64,000 bases of DNA from Octopus vulgaris (Eukaryota). A program made the position numbers and the translations under genes. Where the stretch lies: the NCBI GenBank assembly GCA_951406725.2, contig OX597815.1:139624001-139688000 (forward strand), read 5' to 3'. Under the pieces are notes generated by a model. That model was given only the letters and a program-made list of their open reading frames with translations, searched no databases and was not told the DNA's origin. This document shows positions 53,621 to 64,000 of the stretch, one piece after another. Every line of letters starts with the position of its first letter. The stretch's first letter is position 1.

Positions 53621-53838
53621 CGAGTGGGTGTTGAAAGGTTCCTGAGTTTAAGGGTATCGCGAAAGGCCTAGTTGTAGGCCCAAGCTTCCGAGTTCTTTCA
53701 CTTGGCTTAGAAAAACTAAAGGACCGCTACAATTAAGGGTGTGAATTTGAGCGGGGAATATATTGTATAAAATCATGATTAACTGATCCTTCTGTATTTT
53801 CTTTTACTCAGAGCCAGGAACTTTTCAGTACGCCCTCG
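53621..53838 (+). mobile_element. Mariner-derived MITE
   Basis: TIRs CGAGTGGGTGTTGAAAGGTTCCTG and CAGGAACTTTTCAGTACGCCCTCG followed by TA; retains the transposase tail GLEKLKDR. Confidence 0.8.
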
Positions 53839-56047
53839 TATATCTGAAGGTGTGTGTTTGTAAAGACGTATGTATATTTGTGTAACAGTAGAAATAGTGT
53901 GGTGGTGGGGATTATGAGGGCTTATTAAAAAGAAAGGAAAAGAAAAATATTTCCTTGCTGGTTTTTGATACTGAGCTATTGTGGGAGAATTACTGCACGT
54001 TCATGTAGTTTGGACACAATTGATTGCTCTTAAGTTGTCATTAGCTATGTTGCTAATTATTATTTGAAAAGTGAAAGCAAGCGTTTTGTTCTATTTGAAT
54101 CTCTTGACACCGCTGTTTGAATGTCATCATGGTATTTAAGGAGATACCCGTGCATGGGAGGATATAAAGAGATTAATTCTGCGAGCTTACTCAACGTTTG
54201 GGATTTGTGTTTCAGGATTGAAAATATTTTCCCAGTACAAACAATACAGGAAGGTTTTGTTTTATAGGTAACTTTTATAGGGTGTATAGTGTTATATTTT
54301 TAAGAAAAGAAATGAGGTTGTTAGGGTCCTGATTTTTTTAAAAGCTTTTTTGTTTTGTTTACCTACAGGTTTCTGAATGTATAACTATGTTGTTGGAATA
54401 TGTTCTTAAATTGGTTAACAGTCATTTCTGTGTAATCAGTGCCACTTCGGTAATGTTAGATGTGACAGAGGCAACATATATAAGTAATGAACGACGAAAA
54501 CGACTGCACACGTATGCATAACACACGCATACACGTATACATATATGATGAGCTTCTACAGTTTCCTTTCATCAAATTCGCTCACACAGCATCAGTCGTC
54601 CTCGGTGTATGCTAAAAAGCATTTGTCCACGGTGCCGTGTAGTGAGACTGAAACCGAAACCACATAATTTCAAACCAGACTTCATAAAGCCATAGCTGTA
54701 TCTGCACCTATGTACGTATTTGTCTGTATTTCGTTTTCTATTAAGCTTACCCGCTGTTTAATGGGAAGATTTTTTTTAAGTTTCTCATTAGCACATAACT
54801 CTCCAATGTTAATTGTACACGGAACTAACCCTCAGGTTATAAATCAGTTTCATGAGTGCATTAGACGAATTCGCCGTCCTTGAGTCACTTTTCATGCATT
54901 CTGCTGACTAAAAATTTTAATATATTCTCATATACCGAGTTCTACGAAACCTATATATATAAATATATGTATGTGCGTATATAAGAACACATATATTTAT
55001 ACGTGTCTGTGTGTGCATACATATGGATATATGTATGTGTTTGTGTGTAAATATATATATACATATATAATGTATGTATGTATGAACCAAATATTACCAA
55101 TAAGAAATATTAAAAGCCACGCTAAAGCGCAAGATGGAAAAACATCAGCCATTTTCATATAGGTGATTTATTCTTTACAAGAGCTTCACATTTATTACTT
55201 TAAAGATAGAAAAATTACTAAAATCCTTTATGGAATATTTATTGAGTTGAGTTCTATTGTAGGTTGTGCAATATCTAGACAAAATATATTATATATTAAG
55301 TAGTGTTTTACGTGGGAGATACGCGGAAAGAGAAAATAACTTATAAAACATTTTCACCAAAATATACAATGGATTAGACAAAAATTACGTTATGAATTTA
55401 TACACAACCTTTTAGAAGATACACAACTAAAATATTAAGCAAGTTATATCATATATTAGGAAAGATACATGGATAAAACTTAATAAATATACGCTACTGG
55501 CGCGTAGAACTTTGTCTACCATCTTTATATCTTATATCTTGATGGAAAATAATAAGAAAATGGAATCAAGTCTTAGACAGAACGTCAAGAATCAATGGAC
55601 AGCTCGCTTTCGTATTTCTTTGTTATTTCTTTTATGTTGTTGGTTCAATAGCTTATTTCTTTCATTTGTCTTTTTCTTTGTTTCATTCTAAGAATATTCT
55701 GGAAGGCAGCTGAATCATAAGAACGTTGCATTCATTTCCATTCTATTTTATTTTTTTTTAAATGTCTGACTAATTGATTCAACTCAGAATTTAGGAATTA
55801 ATGTTTTGTCCAGGTTTTGTTTTTGTCTTCTTAATCAATTGTGTATTAAGGTATCTACAATTTGTATCACAAAGCTATTATTATAAATTATCATTTTGTG
55901 ATCTATTATCTTTAGCAATAATGTGAAGTCATACAAAGTTTGTGAATGTACAGCGACAATGAATAGCAAACAATGATCACTAATGTAGATTATTAAATAT
56001 GGTTACATGAACTTCTTGACCATATAATACAGTTACAAAAGTATTAT

Positions 56048-56082
<35 letters not shown>

Positions 56083-56084
56083 TA

Positions 56085-56261
56085 CGAAGCGAAGTCAAAA
56101 GTTATCCACACTTACGTCAGAGCATATCTTTATTATTGTCACACTGCCTTTTGCGCATGCCTGCATATAGTTGGTACTATTGTGGTCCCGTGATCGAAGT
56201 TTGAGCCTGACCGCGCCATTTTCTTTCTGACTTTACAGTGTAAACATGGCCGCTCCACTCG
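56085..56261 (+). mobile_element. Probable mariner 5' end fragment
   Basis: TA-CGAAGCGAAGTCAAAA TIR-like start and ATGGCCGCTCCACTC truncated by (TA)n. Confidence 0.45.
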
Positions 56262-56293
<32 letters not shown>

Positions 56294-56979
56294 TAATATA
56301 AGATAAAATTTTTCCAAAAAAATTCTATCAATGGCCAGCATATTATAAAATACCTTTAAAGGTTAAATTTATAAACAATTTTTTCTTTTTTTTTCTTTTG
56401 CCTTTGTTTATAAGTTATATATATATATAATACGAGTGACTACGTGGCACGGAGTTTCCTTCCCAACTGCATAATTCCAGGTTGTGAGTAAAAGAAGCCC
56501 ATTGTATGTGTGCCCGTATGAGTGTTTGTCCCCCACTACCGCTTGACAACCGGTATCGGTGTTTACGTCCCCATAAAATAGCGGTTCGACAAAGGGAACC
56601 GATAGAATAAGTACAAGGTATAAAAAAACAAACATAACTACTTGAATCGATTCATTCGACTAAAATTCTTGAAGGGTGTGCCCCAGCATGGCCGCATTAT
56701 CTAACGACTGCAACAAATAAAAGATAAAAGACATACATTTAAAGCGTGTGAATGTGTGTGCGTGTGTGTGTGTGTTGGTCTAATGGTTATGGTTTTGACT
56801 TATGGTCATATGAGGTTGCTGGTTCAATTCTTGAACCGAGCAGCGCGGCGGTCTACTCAGCTGAGTCAAAGGCTGGGAATGTGAGTGAACGTCCATCTTT
56901 GGCATCTAAGAGAATTAGCGAAAGTATGATACATGCCACCATGCCATACTTGCTTGGGCAGCGGTGATGTATACACATA

Positions 56980-57010
<31 letters not shown>

Positions 57011-57028
57011 TCGTGCGTATGCATGCGT

Positions 57029-57065
<37 letters not shown>

Positions 57066-58270
57066 CGTACACATGCATGTATGTGCATGTGTGTTTATGG
57101 TTAGATGGAATTGATCAATGTTTGACTTTGCAAACGATGGAAAGAAATGTGCTCAATACGAGAATAGAGTACCACTTGGTATGCAGCTTCCGAATCAAAG
57201 GTAAACATGCAGTTAATGTTTGCACATTGAAGTATTTTTTATGAATGATGTGTGCGTGTGTGTGCGCGAGCGCGTGTGAAGCCAAGAAGCCGAGTAGTAA
57301 GGGTGATCAGCTCATGATCATAAAGCCATGATTTCAGTTCCTGGATCGAGTCGTGTGCACTTCATTAAACATTGTTCCAGTCTGTTTGGCTGTAATAACT
57401 ACCTTTCGGGTAACTGCACAGCCATCTCTTCACCCAGCTATTACATACTGGATGCTCCGCTAAGTCAAAGGTATGAGTGCCGAGTGATGTCTGTCTGGCG
57501 GTGACTACATCGACTTGGCCCCTTCCTTGAAATTACTGGCCTCGTACTTGTACTGTGTGCAAGCCTAGTGATTAGGCTATTTGTACTTACGATCGCGCGA
57601 CCGTGGTTTCAATTCCTCGGCCGGGTAGTGCGTTGTGCTCTTGTGCCATCCTTTCAGCACTTGAATCGTTAAATCGTTAGCGCGGTGAGCAAAATACTTA
57701 GCGGCATTTCGTCCGTCTTTATGTTCTGAGTTCAGACTCCGCCGGGTTCGATTTTGCCTTTTTTTTTTGTTTTTTTTTTTTGAAGGTCTATAAAATAAGT
57801 ACCACTGGGGTCGATGTAATTGACATGCTCCTCCCTCAAAATAGCTGACCTCGTGCCAAAATTTGAAACCATTATTATGCCTCACTGCATTTGGTTCTGT
57901 TCTGAGTTCAAAATCCACCCGAAGTCAAGTTTGCCTAACATACAAATCCAGTCCAGGAGTTGATATAATTGACTAATACCCACCCCTCAAAATTGCTGGT
58001 TTCATACCTTAATCAGAGACCATTGTTGGTCCTTTGGCTATATGTAGTGAGCGTGTGTCTTTGAGCTATCGAAGGATACAAGACTGGTATGAAGGTCTTT
58101 ACGAGGTTTCTGATTGCGGACTCAGTGCAAGTCTGTTGTATCAGTTATTTTTTTTTATCATTGATCTTCTGTGCAAATGAAGCTATATCCTTTAATTTGT
58201 TGCTTTCCTTTACACGCACCGAGGAGATACCTTACGGATCAATTGTTATTTTAAGGTGTTATATCAAATT

Positions 58271-58376
58271 ATCACCCGAATAGACTCATCTACACCGACT
58301 GATGGCCCTAAACCAGTTGTTAAGTATCCCAGCCGTGAGGGATCGATACTAGATGAGTCGAAACAATTGTTGTGAT
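58271..58376 (+). ncRNA. Type I HHR fold with extended stem II and damaged core
   Basis: ATCAC-CCGAATA-GACTCATCTA...TAGATGAGTC-GAAA-CAATTG-TT-GTGAT: 5 bp stem I, perfect 10 bp stem II base, palindromic ACAATTGT. Confidence 0.65.
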
Positions 58377-58437
58377 TCATAAAAATTCTTGTCCCTTCCG
58401 TCTTCCGTGTCTCATTAACCATATGTGTATGTATGTG

Positions 58438-58482
<45 letters not shown>

Positions 58483-58551
58483 AGAGTAAACACATAAATG
58501 TGAAACAAGGTGGAAAAAAGAGTACTCAAATACCAGTGGTAGAGTAATATG

Positions 58552-58636
58552 CTTTATTTAAAGCAGCAGAAAATTCAACAAAATCTGTTACTCTGAGTAA
58601 CAGATTTTGTTGAATTTTCTGCTGCTTTAAATAAAG
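58552..58636. repeat. Perfect palindrome, 42-bp arms with a 1-nt spacer
   Basis: 58552-58593 is the exact reverse complement of 58595-58636. Confidence 0.95.
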
Positions 58637-58736
58637 TATATATATATATATATATACATACATATACATATATTTCATATACATACATATATACACACAT
58701 ATGGCGATACAGATGATATGCATCTCTCTCTCTCTC

Positions 58737-58811
<75 letters not shown>

Positions 58812-58879
58812 TGGTAAAAGGGGTTACGCATAAATACGTACACCTGATATAAAAAATAGCCAATAACAGATAACCGCTT

Positions 58880-58947
<68 letters not shown>

Positions 58948-61909
58948 GCATATCAAATGTACCTTCTGTGACACATATTTATATGAAACGATTAAGTTTA
59001 ATACAGCGATCTGACAGATTTCTCCACTTTCATATGATGCCCCTGTAAAAATGAGTGATTAATCTTTCATAGCACATTTCATCGTATTGTCTTTTTGTTT
59101 TCTAATCATTAATTATTACATCGATTAAGAGAGAACGACAGCATCGCCGTTTGTGTTTCAGAGTTCTATGAGAGTTCGTATGGAGCCGTCTTGACGCATT
59201 ACTTTTGTGGTGTCTATTAACGGAACTGTGTTGATTTATAGAGATATGTCAATGTGTGTCTTGTTAATACTTAATCACCAGTTATTTCTACCACGAGCAG
59301 CAGCAGCAACTAACCATGACTGCTACAACTAACATTACTATATGATGCATATATAGCTACTGTAGCTATTATACCTGTCTGTCAGTGTATGCATGCAGAT
59401 GTGTGTGTGTGTGTGTGTGCGTGCGTGCGTGTGTGTGTGTGTGTGAAAAATGGCAGTCGTTGCTAAACACTGAAGAATTTATTATTGTGTCCAACGAGAC
59501 AAAGAAGTTGAATGATAACATTTTGACAATGTTAAGGAAATGGTATTTCGCGAATAGTCACAGAAGCTAAGTTTAACGTATAAAATTCTTCAGTTTAGAA
59601 GCTGTTCCACTGAGAGGTAGCTTCGATATCTTTATAGATGCAAAGGTGCAGTTCTTTGGAATTTTTCACGTTTGTATTTCAAGTAAATATACTATCATTG
59701 TGTACCAGAGAAGACAATGTGATGTCTGAGTTAACAACAACAACGACGACAACAACAATATACACCGATACTTGTTCCATTCATCAACATCGTAACACAA
59801 TCATTTGCCAAGGAAACAAAGAGTATCACACATTATGGACGGTACAACTAAACGTTCGCACTCCTTTACAAACACATAGTCTTGCTCTCTAACCGCTCAT
59901 GGCAACCACACGTTTATTATGTAAGGCTGGTTTTCTGGACTTGAACAGGAAATAACACTCTTTAAGATTTCTCAGAAATTTTTTAGTTACAGTAATGTCA
60001 ATGGTTCCTATTCTACAAGCCCCCACTAATACTCTCTATCTTCTCCTTGTCCTCCAACAGCTGCAAGAATAACGAACCCCTACGTTGTTCATTCCTTTCC
60101 ACAAAAACAAAAAACTACTCAATTCAAACATCATTCTCGGTAACTGTAACTGTATTTCATTAAATTCCGTATTAAACACTTCATTTCTATTTCTTTACTA
60201 CCCACAAGGAGCTAAACACAGAGAGGACAAACAAGGACAGACAAACGGATTAAGTCGATTACATCGACCCCAGTGCGTAACTGATACTTATTTTATCGAC
60301 CCTGAAAGGATGAAAGGCAAAGTCGACCACGGTAGAATTTGAACTCAGAACGTAACGGCAGACGAAATACTGCTAAGCATTTCGCCCGGCGTGCTAACGT
60401 TTCTGTCAGCTCGCCGCCTTGAGCACTTCATTTCACCTCCTTAAAGTACTCCACCAGTGATTTTCTACTCATCCATTTATAAAACAAGTCCAGCAAAGCA
60501 GGAGAGGAATGACACTTTCTCCTGGAACTAATTCATAAAACTTTTTGAGATGTAAAGTGAGAATATAAAATCAATGGAACTTCAGTGACTGCATAACAGT
60601 AGTAATGTATGGAGAAAGAATATAATAAGAAGCAAAGTTTTATGTCGATAAAATTTATCACTTACACTAAATATAAAGTTATACAGTTCAGATATGTGAC
60701 AAGCAATCATTAAGTGTAGTTGTTTAGTACCGGTCAACACTGACAGCGAAGAAATGAGAATAACTCTGATCTTAAGCAGGGTGTCCAGACGTCTTGGTTT
60801 TCCGGTATTCGTTCCGATTTAGTTCCAATGTTCCGAGAAAAGGCTTCTGGATAGTGATTTGTCTCACTTTCTGTTTTTGTTTTCATTTTTACGTGTGGAG
60901 CTAGGGGTTGTTTCAAAATATATCTTAATTCCAAGAATAAGTTTTTGTAAATATTTTTCGGTATATTTTTCGGTATATTTTTCAAAATGTTTGCGCTTTG
61001 CAAATCTTTTAGTAAGTACAAGTTCGCTTTAAAATTTGTTTATGCAATTTCCCCTTGAGGTATATATAAACCTACGACTAACGAACAATGCCAGTGACGT
61101 AGCCGCGTATTTTAATCTTTTTCAGGGCCATCGGAGCGCGAAGCCCTCCTCACGAACGCAAGTTCATGAGGTGGTTGTGATATGTAAACAGTTTTGTGTA
61201 GGAGCCGGAAAGAGACGTATAAACACGCACTGCGCATGTCAAAATAAAATAGAAGAGAAGAGTAAAACAAATTATATGATGGTCTGCATGCCACGTCTGA
61301 CACCACTATCACGCATCTTTGCTGCGATTTTCTTGTTTTCGTTTTTGCTTTTGTTTTTATACCACGCGATTTCAACTACTTTAATTCTTAGAATTTTCTA
61401 AACACAAGGTGATGAGCAGGCAGCATCATTAGCATGCCGGCTAAAATGCTTAGCGGCATTTCCACTGAGGTCGACTTAGCTTTTCATCTTTTCGGGGTTG
61501 ATAAAATAAGTAAAAGTTGAGCACTGGGTCGATGTAATCGACTTACCCGCTCCCCCCGGACTTGCTGGGCTTCTGCCAAAAGTTGAAACCAATGTTTTCT
61601 ATAAATGATTTAACAAAGTGTACTGGCAGTAATTCTTATTTCCATGCATAAAATACATATGGTGCTTTATGTGTATGTGTGTGTGCGCGCGTGACAGAGC
61701 AAACTGAGATCCTATCCTATTATGCATATTTAAAAAAAAAGGATGCTCACCCTAATCGTTAAGTAACTTTGAATCCCAAAGGACAAGATAATTGAAGAAA
61801 ATATATTCGGGAGACGAAAAAGGTATCAGACACAGAAATTGAATAATGTAGGGAGAGATTATATAATGAAACATAAATGATGGGCAAAAATCAAATAAGC
61901 AAGAATATA

Positions 61910-62322
61910 TCTCTCTATATATAAACGGCAGTTTGTCTGTCTGTGTGTCTGTCAGGTTGTACCCTCACCCTGACCACGGCTTTCAACCGATTCTGATGAA
62001 ACTTGACACACACATAGCCCAATGTCATAATTCAAAACTAACGCAGCGAAAATTTTGAAAATTTCCCCCAGTTCTGAAAAATATCGACATGGGGTCGAGA
62101 ATCTAAGCTTTTTATATGCAACACATTTTCTGTCTAGGGGACACAACTCGACCTTTTTATCGCCCAAAGCGACAGCTAGGAACATCGTGTACACAGAAGT
62201 ATTCGAGTGAAGAGAAGATATTGCAACCTACACATGCGCCTTCGTTCCCTAGAGGGAAAGGACTAGATTGGGATTAGTCGTTGCCTACTAGGGGCTCTTA
62301 CATACCCGGGCAATGCTGCTAG
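61910..62322 (+). mobile_element. Non-autonomous Helitron
   Basis: Starts TC(TCTC)TATATATAAA after A and ends CTAG before T, with a partial subterminal hairpin ACCCGGGCAATGC and no TSD. Confidence 0.7.
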
Positions 62323-62844
62323 TATATATATAAAAAGAGCGTTAAAATTAATGTGAACGTAAACATAGAAGATTGAGGTAAGACAAGTGAAACAAACAAA
62401 CATGAGCAAAACCAGCAAAGTGAAAAATCGTAGAACAACAGTAAAATATTGAACAAGAAAACATAAATCCGGAATAGCATAGAAAGAAAATCATGAATAA
62501 AAAGGAACTGGAGTATTATGTTGAGAAGAATGGAAAATCTGAAAGATGGACTCTTTAAATACGACAATAGTGTAGAGGTAGATAGAGAATTATATTACAG
62601 TAGATAAGAACCTCCGAGATGTTATGCCGTCTCAAAGATGAAACTCACAGTTGAAACAACCACTACATATATGTGTCTGTGTAAATTATGTATAATATAT
62701 GTATATATATCTATGTATGTATGTATATATATATATATATATAACACACGCGCGCACACACACACATATATATATATATGTGTATGTATGTATGTATATA
62801 TTTGGTTTGACTTCATTATTACAGCTTATATACATATTTCGTTT

Positions 62845-63120
62845 TTCCTTTACATGTTAGTCATTTGACTGCGGCCATGCTGGAGCACCACCTTAAGGGG
62901 TTTTAGTCGAAGAAATCGACCCCAGGACTTATTCTGTGTACACCTAGTACTTATTCTATCGATATCTTTAGCCGAACCGCTAAGTTACGGAGATATAAAC
63001 ACACCAACATAGGTTATTAGGCAATGGCAGGGGAGAAACAAGGACACACGTATATATATATATATATATATACATGACGGGCTTCTTTCAGTTTCCGTCT
63101 ACCAAATCCACTTACAAGGC
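62845..63120 (-). mobile_element. Family A SINE, 5'-truncated
   Basis: Reverse complement of the tail (GTCATTTGACTGCGGCCATGCTGGAGCACC) and body. Confidence 0.85.
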
Positions 63121-63144
63121 TTTATATACATATATATGTAAATA

Positions 63145-63183
<39 letters not shown>

Positions 63184-64000
63184 AAATACTAAGATGGAAG
63201 AATATTATCTAGAAATATCCGTACATCCATATGATAAAAGTAACAAATAATATTCACAGAAACCTGTTGTAAAAAATCTGCCGTCATGAAAAGCAAAACA
63301 ACTCTTTGAGCCCAAAAGAACAAACAGAGTTCAAAGTAAAACCATTTTTCCTAAGAACTAAGTTAGACAAAACAAGTCGCTAACAGGAAAAGACGTGAAG
63401 AATTCTATGGAGGAGAATATGTTGTCTGATAAATTCCTCACGCGTAATTACATCAGTAAATTCATAGCTATACCAAATAAATCGCCATGCTTTTTATCAG
63501 CGGAGTAAATACATCACTTAATTGTTGTTCAAAGCTTCTATTCGCACAGGAATTGTCGTATTTTTTAGGAATTAAATAGACGTTCAAAGACGAAGGATAA
63601 AATATCAATATCAAATTTACACATCTTATATATGGAAATGGAAAACAAAAGCAAAACAAATCAAAGTTGCTTTTAAACATAAAATCACAATTTTTTTTAA
63701 AAATCCACGTTGGCGATAACACTATTATAAATTGGATAAAGAAAAAGAAACTCTAAAATTATGAACAATGTCTCGTAAATAATCCAGAATTTTACAATTT
63801 TTATATTCATTAAAGACGCTTTTATATATTCATTTGGGTGGTGGATGTAGAGTTTCCACACCGATGATATACATGGTATACTGTTTGACTATTGCGTCGT
63901 TGCTTGATTGACCCTTTTTCAAGATTTCTAGATCATATGGAGGAAATATTTTGTTTTTGAATTTCTTTAAAATTGATAATGAAATGTGACCTATTTACTC

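Noticed and set aside
60020-60145. Strong-looking branch point and 3' splice site
   Set aside because: It lies in sequence resembling a decayed LINE 3' region (about 59800-60170).
60775-61330. CpG-richer stretch with hAT-like starts (CAGGGTGTCCAGACGTC, CAGTGACGTAGCC)
   Set aside because: No matching opposite TIR, TSD or coding similarity could be found by eye.

Overview
AT-rich, repeat-dominated eukaryotic genomic DNA. The repeat content and 5S sequence point to a coleoid cephalopod, most likely Octopus (inference). Nearly all ORFs in the track are microsatellite translations or transposon debris. The window holds three tRNA-derived SINE families in many copies, a young 5'-truncated CR1-type LINE nested in a DD37D-like Tc1/mariner element, a near-full-length DD34D mariner, MITEs, Helitron-like elements and decayed R4-, CRE- and L1/Tx1-like fragments. 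No intact cellular gene is visible; one well-signalled candidate exon lies on the minus strand (21869-21964). Three things stand out. (1) About 15 type I hammerhead-ribozyme (HHR) motifs from several Penelope-like (PLE) families are present, including U3-A8 covariant cores and forms with very long stem II; several sit as opposite-strand pairs in long inverted repeats next to (TA)n. (2) A Penelope family carries a tRNA-like Pol III cassette between its GIY-YIG ORF and its HHR. (3) A full-length 5S rRNA sequence is fused to the 3' tail of the dominant tRNA-SINE, with a covarying terminal hairpin, making it a candidate 5S-derived SINE. All calls are by eye; no searches or folding computations were run.
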